Assembly (NCBI GenBank): GCA_004431415.1
Contig: QPMI01000510.1
Span: 124,001 to 188,000, forward strand
Direction: 5' to 3'
From: Cyanophora paradoxa CCMP329
Lineage: Eukaryota; Plantae; Glaucophyta
Length of the DNA: 64,000 bases
Positions 25,095 to 36,714 of the stretch are shown here, in pieces. Within the stretch, counting starts at the first letter, position 1; every line of letters begins with the position of its first letter. The translations under genes and the position numbers were made by a program. A model generated the notes under the pieces. The model did not search any database. It was not told the origin of the DNA and saw only the letters and a program-made list of their open reading frames with translations.

Positions 25095-27182
25095 ATGTCC
25101 GGGCGCAGCATTGTTGTCTGTGGTGCTACAGGGACGCAGGTACGCGCTCTGGCCCCTCCGCCGTGCTGAGGCGCTTAAAACGCTCGGCCTTGGCGCCGGC
25201 CATGTAGGGTGGCGCCACCGTTCGAGCCCTGCTGAACGGGAAGCACTTCCACGTAGCGGCTCTCGGTGCGTACGATATTTCAAACTACGCTCTCGCTCGA
25301 ATAGTGATCCCCGATGTTCGCAGTGCGAGACCCAACGAGCGCGAAGGCCCAGGCGCTCGAGGCACTCGGTACGCGCGCGTGTTCAGCAGCGCCGCGGAGC
25401 GCCGGCTTAGATCTGACCTCCGAGGTTCGGGTCAGGCGTGCAGCTGATCAGAGGGAACATGGGTGACAAGGAGAGCCTCGTTCAGGTGCCTCCGGGCCTC
25501 GCGGGGATCTCGGGGCGCCCCTCCCGCAATCCGATCGCCGCTTGCCGCTGCAGGCCTTCACTGGCGCCTACGGCGTCTTCTCCGTCCAAACGCCCTGGAC
25601 GGCCAGCATGAAGTGCGAGGCGAGTAGCATCAGCTTGAGTCTGCGAACGATGGCGGGTCGCATTGAGCTGATCGGCGGACCGCACCGCGCCGCAGACAAC
25701 CAGGGAGATACAGGAGGGAAGGAATGTGGCGCAGGCACGCGCCCCCGCGGTCGTACCCCCTGGATCTCCGCGCGCTTTTACCCCCTCCCGGCAGGCGGCG
25801 AAGGAGGCGGGGGTACGGCATCTCGTGTACACGTCCGCAATAGGAGCGGGCGGCGCAAAGCCCAGCGAGCTGCCCCACGTCAACTCCAAGACGGCGATCC
25901 AGGCGAGCGTGTACCCCGGCCGCCACCGCCTGCCTTGATGTCCCCCCACCCACCCCACCCCTTCCAGAACGAGATCAAGGCCCTGGGGGTACGTGAAGTC
26001 GGAAACGAGCAGCCGCCCGGCGCCGGCCCCGCTCTTGAGCCCGCTCTGCCAGATCCCGCACACCTTCCTGCACCCGGTCACGTTCATGGACAACTGGACG
26101 GGCGGGGTGCCCGCCATGACCATGAAACCGTGCGCAAACCCCCTTCGAAACGCAACGGGGGGTGCGTGTATTGTACGAGCATTCAAACCCGCGGGGTGCG
26201 CAGGGGCAAGGTGCCCGGAGTCAGCTTCCCCGACACCCCCTTGTATTTGGTTGGTACCCGGGAACGGAATGGAAGGAAGGGTACTGGAACGAGCGCCGGC
26301 TCAGGTTGCCGGGGAGGACATCGGACGCTTTGCCGCGCTGGCCTTCGAGAAGCCCGAGATTTACCTCGGTACCCCCCTGCCGCACCTCCCGCCCTTCCCT
26401 CCTCCCCCTTCTTTCTTCCCCCCCGCCCCCTCTACCCCCCCTCCCCCCTCCCCCGCCCCACCTTTCCCCCTTCGATTCCCCCCCCCCTCTTCCCCCTCCC
26501 CGGCTCGCGTATAATTCCCCCTTCCCCCTGGCTCGCTTATACCCGCGCAGGCAAGACAGTCGAGATCGCAGGGGACGTTGTCACCGGGAAAGAGATCGCG
26601 GGGGTACGTCTGCTCTCTGGGTAGCGCACCCTTTCCTTCCTTGGGCTTCCTCTGACCCTCCTGGATCCTTCAGATAATGGAGAAGCTCTGCGGGTACCCC
26701 TTCGAGTACTCGACGCCCCCAGGTACCCCTCTCGAACTGCTCTCGCGTACCCTCCGTCTCGAAACGACGGGGTACGCAGTCTGGCTCCTGAAGATCATGG
26801 CCCCGGAGTTCGCGGCGATGATTGAACTGTGCGCGCCGGCGCCGCACCCCCCTCTCCCTGCTCCCCGCCCCCTTCCTCCTCCTCCTCCCCCCCCCCTTCC
26901 CCTCCCCCCGCCCTTTTTCTCCCCCCTGCGCCTCAGCCCGCTCTTGTAACTTACCTCCAGCTTCGAGACTTCGCCGTTCACTGTGGACATCAACCACTGC
27001 CGGCGGCTCGTACCCGGCCTCAAGACGGCAGAGGAGTTCCTCATGTGCGCCGTACCCCCCTCCTCACCCCCCTTCCGGACGAGCGCATGTGACGGTGTAC
27101 CCCCAGGGACATGGACCCGGCACTGCTCGCGAGCCTGAAGCAGCGCCCGTCTTCCTGCGCGTGCAAGTGCGCCGTCATGTAA
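25095..27182 (+). CDS. NmrA-like atypical SDR/Rossmann protein ending in a CaaX motif
   Basis: IVVCGATGTQGGATVRALL, AFTGAYGVFSVQ, AAKEAGVRHLVYTS, PHVNSK, DIGRFAALAFEKPE. Last exon ends ...SSCACKCAVM*. Confidence 0.9.
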
Positions 27183-28431
27183 ACGTCGCGGCACCACAGT
27201 CCGCGCCGCCGCTCTGGCCCCGGCGCGCACCCGCCTGCCTCAGTGGCCGAGTGCGTTTCGAGGAGTCCCCCACATCGCCCCTCCGGAGCCCGTTCCCTCT
27301 AGATCGACCGCTTCCCGATCCCTTCAACTGCGCCATCCATCGCCCCCTAGGCCTTTCGCGCCCCGCCAACGCCTCTTGTAATTGGTATTGGTACATTAGC
27401 CTCTCAGATAAGACGCGCCATTTAGCTGCCTCGCCTAGGTGCAGGACATATGCATGCGCATCATATTCTAGCGTAGTATCATAGTATACGTACTTCTAGA
27501 TCTTAGCGATAGTACAGGAACTCAGAATCATTGAATCATCATGGCATTGAATTCTATGTGTATTCGAATTCGAACAACCTTCCGACTCGGCGAGTCTCTG
27601 ACTAGTACTCTAGATCTGAGTCTCTGCATGCACTGCGGCAGCTGATTAAGGATCACTGCATGACCTATGATCACTGCCAGATTGATTTCCGAAGTTCCGA
27701 TCCAGGCCTAGGAGGTTCCAATAATTTCTTTGTAGTTGAATCTCGTTTTGGGGTGAGGCCTCTCGGCCCCACAGCGCTAGCCACGGTACTCTAGTGGCAG
27801 GGCACGCCATAACGGGGGGGGGCTGTCAGGGGCCTGATATCGGATGGGATCTGGCGCTAGGCGCCGACAAAAACCATCGAATGCTACTGGGGGTGACTAT
27901 GTGTTGTGGCCGAGGTGGGAGCTGTGGTCGCGGGGGCGCCGGGCGCGGGGCCCGAGGGGTTGTGGCGGGAGCGGCCGTTTAGCTACTGGGGGGCGTCGGG
28001 GCGGGCCAGTAAAGAGCTCAGCGGCTGGCGGCACGGCCAGCCTGGCCATGGGGAGGATTTACGACGTTCAAATTGCAATCGAATGCACCGACGTATCACG
28101 ACTACATTCACTGATCATGAAAAAAAAGAGACAAGATGGATTTTAATGCTGATATCGACCACACACAATGAAAAAGAAGACTAGCACTGTTTCTGCATTC
28201 GGAAGCGCTGTATAGTGTAGTGTGCTTACTGTGGACCTGCATGAGCGAAAACAAACAGCACGGAAAGCACTGTGACAATGAATAACTGGGAATCTCCGAG
28301 AAGGGGCGGCCCCGGGGCGAGGACTACGGGACATCGATACAGAGCCCGGGGCGGCTAGCCTTCCAGTAACAGTACAGCGGCGGCGCGGCCGGCGGCGGGA
28401 GGCGCGATTGAAAGCTGACAGCGTCGGAGGC

Positions 28432-29459
28432 TCACTTGCGGCTCTCGAGATCGACCTTGAGGCGCAGCAGCGCGTGCTCCTTGTCGGCCACGCTGCGCTT
28501 GAGGCGCTCCAGCTCCGCGCGCAGCGTCGCGATCTCGTTGTCTGGGGCGCCCCGCGTCGGCCCCTCGCCGCCCGGCGCGGCGCGGCCCGGCCCGGCGGAT
28601 CGGTCGCGCGTGCGCACCTTTCTGCCTCAGCACTGCGCCGGCGTCCGAGAGCGTGCGGCCGCCCTGCATGATGTCCTGGCGCAGCTGGCCGATGAGGTCG
28701 ATCACGCGCGACAGGTCCGAGGAGGGCTGCGCCAGCGCCGGGCTCCGGAAGATGACCTCTCGGCGAACCATCTTGTGGCCCCAGCTCTCGTAGATTTGCA
28801 TCTGCAGCGGCGCGCGACGCGTGGGGTCGGCGAGGCGCAGCGCGTGCGGGCCAGGCCGCGGCGGCGGCGGAGGAGGGCGGGGGCGCCGATTTCACCTCGG
28901 AGCCGGAGTTGTCGAGGACGCGGTCGTCGGTGAGCCCCTCCCAGCGCACGGCCCGCGTCGTCGGGTTGCGGACGATGTACTTGTACTTCACCCCGTTCAA
29001 ATCGCCCCGAATGTACACTTTCCTGCGCGACACGCGCTTAGGATGGAGCGATACGTTGCAAGAGCCCCGCGCGCGGGAGCACACCCGATCCTGTGCGACA
29101 CGTAAGGGCGGCGGCAAAGCGCGGCGCGCGGCGCGCAGACGCACCAGAGGGGAAACAGGCCGGGCGCCGTCTCAAGCTGAAGCGATTTTGACGCATCCCA
29201 GCGGCCTGCGCGGGCGCGTTGGCGTTCGAAAGTGGTCCACGTGGGATGGCGACCGCGGGAGCGCACCGAGTTCGTCCGCCGAGCCGCAGACCGAAACAAC
29301 ATCGCCGAGGCTTGTTTCGGAGCACATCACGTGGAATGATAGGAGCACGCCGCCGCCAGTCGCGGCGGGCGTTACGGCGGTGCTCGCAGAAGTGGACCGG
29401 CCAACTGACATCGGGACCTGGGGCGCCGCGAACTGCATTTTATCTGGGCTAGTGGTCAT
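28432..29459 (-). CDS. CBM20 starch-binding domain plus C-terminal coiled coil, no catalytic domain
   Basis: LSFHVMCSETSLGDVVSVCGSADELGRWD...PLW...VKYKYIV...VRWEG..DRVL (CBM20 pattern), followed by EIATLRAELERLKRSVADKEHALLRLKVDLESRK*. Confidence 0.85.
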
Positions 29460-29683
29460 GGGCACAATCTGTCTGGGCGGCGTGTAAATGCCCGCGGCCG
29501 CCAGAGGGGAATAACCGCCGATGCTCGTGTGCCCGCCAGGGGATGCGGAGTTGGCCACCATTATCGGCCTTGCGGACGATGCCGCGGCGTGCGCTGCTGC
29601 GTGCGGTGCTCGCTCTGCTGGCGAAGGCTCGGTCAGGTTGCAGATTCCGGGGTACACCCGCGAACGAACCGCAGCGCCGAACG

Positions 29684-31193
29684 ATGTCGACGGCCGAGAT
29701 GCACTTCGGGGCGCCTGTGGACGCTATCGTGTACGCGGCGAGCGGCAGCATCACAGCGGCGACGAGCCTGCTCACCGGGAACTACTGGTGCGGCGGCATG
29801 CCCGCGCCGTCCGGGGCGAGCCGCGCGTTAGCTATCGCTTCCGCTAGCGGGCCGGAATCGATTCGATGCGATTCTGGACCCCTCGCCTCACCGCCCGTCG
29901 CGGCACCGCCGCTCGCGATCGCAGGACCGGGCGCGTCGTCCAAGTGGAGAAGCTGGGCTCAGGCTCGGTAGACGATAGCAGCGCGCACAAGGTCCTCGAT
30001 ACATACAGCGGTGCGCCTCCGCGGCGGGCGAGCGGGCGCGGCGCTGAGCCGCTGCAGGCAACCCGGACTGCTGCTTGCTCGGGGCCAAGGGCGAGAAGGT
30101 CGCCGTGGGCACCGACGACGGCTCTCTTTTGGTGCGCGCCGCGGCGCGTCTCCAACGCGCGCGGGTCGCCCGGGCGCGACGCGGCCTGCAGGTCTGGAGC
30201 CCCGCCGGCGGCTCGGACCAGGCGACCAGCCTCGACGAGCACGGGGACACCGTTTCGGGCGTCTCCGCGCACCCCACAGAGCACACCTGCGTCGCTAGCT
30301 CCAGCTGGGACGGCACCGTCAAGATCTGGAACGTGGAGGGGAGCGGCTCCTCCTCCAAGACCCTCGTCGGCGCGCCTGCGCCCCGCCGGCCCGCCCCCGC
30401 ACCCCTGTACCCCCTGACCGCCCGCAGGCCACATCGGATTCGTGAATTGCGTGAAGTACGACCCCAAGGGGGCGTCCCTGGCATCCGGATCGCAGGTCCG
30501 TGCTCGGGCGCCGCTCGCCCTCCTCCCCCCCGGGCTCGCGCGATTGATGTATCCCCCACAGGACGGCACCGTGCGGCTGTGGGACGCCAAGGAGGGCCGC
30601 TGCACGAGGACGCTGTACCCGGCGGCGGCGGGCGCGCGCTCCGTGGACCGGGTACCCATCTACGACCTCTCCTGGAGCCCCGACGCGAACGGTTCCCCCC
30701 CCTCCCCGCGCTCCCTCCCTCCCACCCTCCGCCGGCGCGAGCGGGGCGGGCGCAGGGGTGCTGGCGTGCGCGATGGACGACGGGTCGGTGGTGGTGCTGG
30801 ACACGAGGGCGGGGGGCAAGGACGGGGCGCCCCGGCGCATCGCGCTGCACGCCCGCGCGGCGAGGCGGGTGGCCTTCTGCCCGCAGGACGCCTCCGTCCT
30901 CGCCTCCGCCTCGGACGACTGGACCGCCGCCACCGCCTCCGCCGCCGACGGCAAAGTCAGGTGCCTTCTTCGCGCCCCCGCCCAGACGGACCCCGCCCGA
31001 AGATAAAGCTTCGCCCCGCGCGTGGGCGGGGCGGGGCGGGGCCGCGCCGCGGGGTGCTGAGGGGCGGGGCGGGGGCAGGAAGGTGGTGCGGCACGGGGAC
31101 TGCGTGCGGGCGGTGGCGTGGCACCCGGGGCGCCGGGGCGTCCTGGCGACGGGCTCCTGGGACCGGACCGTACGCGAGCAGGAGGCCCTCTGA
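29684..31193 (+). CDS. WDR77: WD40 protein, probable methylosome protein 50 (WDR77/MEP50)
   Basis: WD repeats (EHGDTVSGVS...SSSWDGTVKIWN; HGDCVRAVAWHP...TGSWD). The N-terminal TSLLTGNYWTG resembles the MEP50 S.L.G..W.G signature. WD40 is secure; orthology is inferred. Confidence 0.7.
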
Positions 31194-31698
31194 GCCGCCC
31201 CCCGCCCGCCCCGCACCCCACGCCCCTCTCCTCTCTTAAGCTTCCCCCCCCCCCGCGCGGCCCGGCGCGCCGCTCCACCGCCCCCCGTGCCCCATGGCCA
31301 GCCCCGCAGCGAATCTAGCTATAGTGTAGTGCACTGCGTATACTGCCGCCGCGGAGTCTAGTGCAATGTACGAGAGCAGATGCGTCCGTCGCTTGAGGCA
31401 GCCGCGGCGCGGGTGGTGATCTTGAGGCGTGGCGCTCCCAGCGGGGCCGGCGAGCCGCAGGACTCAAGGAGAGCTGAAGCGCCCTGCTGGCCTGCATAAT
31501 TACGCATACGTATACGCAAAAGAAGAAGGAACGCGACTGTACATGTAGGGAGGAACGGGAAATTTAAAGGGAAGGAAGGGGCGTCAAGGTCGTCAAAGAA
31601 GCGGGTACGGGGGGTCGAAGAAGGGCGGAGAGAGGGCCCGAGGGGCTGAAGAGGGGGGCACGGGATTTGGAGGCGCGGGTGGGGTGCACGGGGAGGGC

Positions 31699-33772
31699 CT
31701 ACGGGGCGGGGTCGGAGCCCGCCGCCGCCGCCGCCGCCGCCGCCGACGCCGCAAGAGACGCTGGCTGCGGCGCCGGCGCGAGAAGCGCCGCCGCCGCCGC
31801 CGCCGACGCCGGCGCCGGAGGAGCCGACGAGGGCGCCGGAGCGCCCTGCGGCGGCGCCGGCGTCGTCGTCGCCGCCGCCGCTTCGGGGGCCGGCGCGGCC
31901 GCAGCGGGCCGCGAGGCCGGCCGCGCCGCCTGCGCCTGCGCCGTACCCCCCCGGCCGGCCCGGCCGGCCGTACCCGCCTCGAGGTCGCCGGGGGCCATCT
32001 CGGAGAGGGTGCGCTGGCAGAGGGGGCAGACGGGGCGGACGAGGAGCCAGCGGTCCTGTGGGGCCCTCCTCGAGGCCCGAGGGGATCAAAAGGGCGCGGG
32101 GCGCGCACCGCGCAGCTGACGTGGAAGAGGTGCTGGCACGGCAGCCGCCGCAGGTCGTCCCCCTGAGGCGCACCCCGTTCAGAGGGCTTCGTCGGGGACG
32201 TCTGGCGGGGGGTAGAGGGTAGAGGGGGGAGCACCTCGGCGTAGTCCTCCTGGCAGATGACTGAGGGAAGGAGAGGGGGGGCACCCGTCAGAGCCTTCAG
32301 GCGAGCGAGAAAGGCACGCTCGCGGGGCTCCAGGAAGGCGCGGGGCGGGGCGGGCGGGCGGGGCGGGGCGGGGCGGACCGCAGGTGGCGTCCTCGGGGGC
32401 AGGAGCCCCGGGGCGAACTTGAGCGCCTCGAGGTGCGCCAGCTGCGCCCGCGCCCTCAGCGCCCCGCCCCCTGCCCCCTCGGCGCGGGCGGACCTGCGCC
32501 CGCGTCGCATCCCGCTCCCGCGCCGACGAGACCTCCGAGACCCTGGGGGCGGGGGGGGGGGGGGGGGGGGGGGGTCGGTTTCTGGCCGGGGTCGAAGCCC
32601 GGGCGCTGCCTCCGCGGGGCGGCGGGGGGACTCGCGCGTCTCTAGCGGGGCGCCGACGCGCCCGCGAGGCCCCTAAGACACTTCGGGGAACGGCGAAGAA
32701 GAGAGCGCAGGAAGGGGAGGCCCGACTCGCGAGGGCGCGGGGACCGTGGCGGGGGAGGAGGGGAGGGGGGGTACGGGGGCGGACCGGGACGCCCAGAGCA
32801 GCACGACGGGAAGGCAGCAGAGCATGCAGAGGAAGAGGGCCTGCGGGGGGGGAACAGGGGGGGTGGGGGCGTAGATTGAATCGAAACGGGGAGAGGGGGC
32901 GGGAGGGGCGGGCGGGGGTTGCGGACGAGAGGTACGGCGAAGGAGATGGCTTGGATGAGAATGAGCATGATGCACAGGTTGAACAAGAGCGGCGCCTCGC
33001 TCGCCTGCGCCGAAAACGAAAGCGGTCTTTGATCTGGCTGCCGGGCGGGGCGGGGCGGGGCGGGGCGGGTGCGCACGCAGTCGGCGCCCTTCATGACGTA
33101 GATGTTGCCCATGCAGAACCTGGGGGGGTGCGCGGGGGGCCCCTCGGCGGGCGTGGCGGGCGTGGCGTGCCGCCTCGGGAGGGTGCGGACCAGAAAAAGT
33201 AGACGCTGCCGAATCCGCGGCGGAGGGCGAAGAGGCGGCGGAGGAGTACGTCGTTCTCGGCGATGTCCTGCACCCCGTGCGCGGTTCGACTGGGCGCGGG
33301 GGCGGGGTCGGGGGCGGCGGGGGCGGCGCGCGTCTTCGGTTCCTTCGAGCGCCATGGATCCGGTGCGGTAGTACGAAGCGACGGAGATCGAGAGGCCGGC
33401 GAGCTGCAGGAAGACGCGCACCACGAGCCACGTCCGCAGCGGCTGCCGCGGGGGACGGTCCGGCGCGCGTTCGAGCGCTGCGCTGGCGGGCGGCGGGGCG
33501 GAGAGCACCTGCGAGCAGTGCTGTCCCGTCTTGAGGGCGACGATCAGCACCCAGATCTGCGAGCGGGAGCGCGCTCAGCCGGACGACGCGCAATTGCATA
33601 CGAGCGCCTCACCTGCGCGATGATCTCCACGCTGAGCGATACGACGTCGAAGAACGCGAATGCCGATAGGACGCGCGTCCTGTGGCGACGCGCGGGCTCA
33701 GCGGGCGCCGCGTCAACGCTGACAGCAGCTAGCCGCTGGACAGCTGGCCAGATCCCCGGCGCTCGAGGGCAT
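31699..33772 (-). CDS. Multi-pass membrane RING-H2 E3 ubiquitin ligase; start approximate
   Basis: TM segments (PLRTWLVV..., WFCMGNIYV, APLLFNLCIMLILI, LCCLPVV), then VICQEDY...LRRLPCQHLFHVSC.DRWL...CPLC. Confidence 0.88.
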
Positions 33773-34023
33773 GCGAAGTGTGTGATCTAGAGCTCTCGCG
33801 CTTCGAGATCCCGCGCGCCCGGGGGTCCGTGTGCGCACCTCAAGAAATGAATCATGTTCGCCTGCGCGGCTGCGCCGGCGGCCCTCCCGCGGGGCGGTCG
33901 CGGCAGAAGTGGGGCTCTCTCCATCCCTTCAGGCTCCAGCTTGTCTGGGCGAGGCGGGCCAGCTGACCCCGCTGATCGACGACTGTACCCGGGAAAGCGG
34001 CAGCAGCCGGGCAGCTAGAGGCC

Positions 34024-36065
34024 ATGGAAAGCCGCACGGCGTTCTCTTTTGCGGCCGCGCCCTCCTCGAGATGCGCCTGGACGGCCTCGGCGCCCGCTTG
34101 CGCGCCGCTGGGATGCATTGTGCACCACCGCCGCGGCGCGCGGCGGCGCCCGCCGCGGTCATGCCGTCACGATGGTGCACCCGACGTCCGATTCGGAGCG
34201 TCGGCCTTCGGCGGCCGGCGGTTGCTCTGCGCCGGTCTTGCGGCGTTCGGCCCCTTGACGGGCCGCAGGAGGCGCCCCGCAGTTCCGCAGACGCACGGCA
34301 TCCGTGCCGAATTACCGCGCGAGAGCGTCGAGATTGCCCCGCCTGTCGCCGAGGAGCGCGAGGAGCGTGCCGGCGCGAGGCCGCCGCGGCGGAGCGCCGG
34401 CGCCGGCGGGGAGGAGCCTGCAGCCCCGGCCCCTGATTCACAGCTCTCGCTCGACGACACGCCGCGCGACGCCGACGGGGCGCCGGCGCCGCGGCCGGCG
34501 CCGAACTTCGGGGAGTTCGTCCCCTTCTGGCGCAAGGCTCCGAAGGTGCTCCGCCCCGGGGACCGCGTCTGGCCGGCGAAGCGCTCGCTCTACACCCACG
34601 GCGGCCTCGAGGTGCGCGCTCCGCTCCGCCGCGCGGCGCGCCCTTCTCAGACCGCATCGCGCCTGCGGCGCCGGCACGGCAGTACGAGATCGTCGACATG
34701 TACGCGCTGGCGCGCGGCCGGCGCGTGCCGGTCGCCAGCACGGAGGAGTACGAGCGCATGCGCTCCGACGGGAGCCGCGCCCCGCTCATCGTCGTGCGTG
34801 CATGCTTTCCGGGCCTCGGCGCTGCGCGGCCCCCGTGCCGCGCGCCGCCCGCTCCCTGGCCGGCCCGCCCGCTGATCCAGGACTCGCTTCGCGTGCGTAG
34901 GTTTTGTCCCCGCGCTACGTCGGCGGCATTCAGATTCGAACCGTGCACGCCCCTTACGACCGTCTTGAGCTCCGGTGCCCGCGCCCTCCCCGCAGTTGTA
35001 CCCCCCTTGACCGACCGGACCGCGTTCTCGCAGCCTGCGCAACGAGGAGATCGGGTACTACCTCTCCTTGGGCGTCGCGGTGCGCCTCGAACGCGGACAC
35101 GCCGCTGTACCCCCCCCTTCGGAGCTGATGCGGTACCCCCAGGTCTCCGTCTTCTGGCTCTCTACCCTCTTCTCCGTTCGAGAGTGCATTTCCGCGTACG
35201 GAATCTTCACGACGAGGTACCCCACGCCTTCTCTCTCTTTGCTTATTTAATTCGACGTACCCCCGCAGCATGGTCCCGACGCTGCTTCCGGGAGACGCCG
35301 TCCTCGTCGACAAGGTGGCTTCCAGCTTTCACCCACACTCGGGCGACGCTCTCTTAATCACGTACCCCGCCGCGCAGATCTCGTATCGATTCCGGGACCC
35401 GAGGCGGGGGGAGATCGTGGCCTTCCGTCCCCCCCCGCGGCTGGCCGACCGAATGGAGCCGGCCACCCTCGGCTCGCGTGACGTCCTCGTCAAGGTCGGG
35501 CCGTACCCCCTGCCCCGCCCGATGCGTGCCCCAGCCCGGCCGCGACAAACGGCATCCGCAGCGGCTCGTTGGGGTACCCGGGGACGAGGTGGAGGTCCGG
35601 GGGGGTACCGTGTACGTGAACGGGGCGCCGGAGCCGAACCCGAAGGCCGAGCCCGCCGCGTACGAGATGGCGCCGGAGATCGTACCCCCCGGCCAGTACT
35701 TCGTGCGCGCCCTCCCCCGCCCTACCCCCTCACAATTCGCCCTCCGATCCACCCCCCCCCCCCCCCCCACCCACCCCCACCCCCTCCCCCACCTTCCCAC
35801 CCCGCCCCGACCCCACCCCCACCCCCCGCCCTGCCCGCCCACCCGGCCCCCCGCCCCGCTCAGGTGCTGGGGGACAACGTGAACAGGAGCGTGGACTCGC
35901 ACGTGTGGGGCCCCCTGCCCCGCTCGAAGCTCGTCGGGCGGGTGCGCGCGGAGTGGACGGCCTCCAGGGCCCCCGACTCTCTCCTCGCCTTCCTCGTTGA
36001 CCCCCGCCGCGCAGGCCTGCGGGCGCTGGTGGCCCCTGCCCCGCCTCACCATCGGCGGCCTCTAG
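34024..36065 (+). CDS. Signal peptidase I (S26, thylakoidal processing peptidase-like) with long N-terminal extension
   Basis: SMVPTLLPGD (catalytic Ser), PRRGEIVAF, VLVKRLVGVPGD (catalytic Lys), VLGDNVNRSVDSHVWGPLP. Transit-peptide-like N-terminus. Confidence 0.9.
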
Positions 36066-36714
36066 CCCGACGCTTGTACAGCGGTCTATCGATACGGCCC
36101 CTTGGTCGTTATAGATTTGTAAAGCTTAAGCGTTTAACGTTCAACGGTTTAGAATTTAGACCAGAATTCAAACTGAGTTGAGAGCCATATACTGCGGGGG
36201 ATGACAATGGCAAGATCTGCCGCGCTTCTCCCCTGAGCCTAATTCGAGCCCAGTTTGGTTTTGAGCCGTAGGCATATAATAAATTTGAGCTCAAGGACAA
36301 TTTGCAAGCACACTGTGACGAAATTAAACTGCTTGAAACCAGATTACATGTGTGCAATTCGGATCCAACAATGCGCTACGTATACGCTGCTCGCTGTATA
36401 AGTAGCTATATAAAGAATCCAGAATCCATATATATCTATATATATAGCTACACCACGGTCCACGGCCGCGGCACTTTCCGAAGCTATGAGCGTTCAAAAC
36501 TTCGAATTCAGTTGCAAGAAAGCCAAGTACTAGTTCTAGATATCTCTAATTATGACGTATTCGCATCGAACTCGGAACAATTGCAAGTTGACAAAGCTTG
36601 GGCCTATTTTCGACGTCGACGAATTTAATTAATATCATGGTGATGCGGGAGCTGCGCGTGCAGATGTCGCCGAGTCGATCGCGATCGCGACGTGTAAATC
36701 GAGGCTCCTCGCGG

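Noticed and set aside
27750-28060. Structured ncRNA in the G-rich intergenic block
   Set aside because: Only partial inverted repeats, with no recognisable tRNA, snRNA, SRP or RNase P/MRP motifs.
99-36181. Numerous long Arg/Pro/Gly/Ala-rich ORFs in the ORF track
   Set aside because: They arise from stop-codon scarcity at very high GC and from read-through of G/C-run introns, and they overlap better-supported spliced genes.
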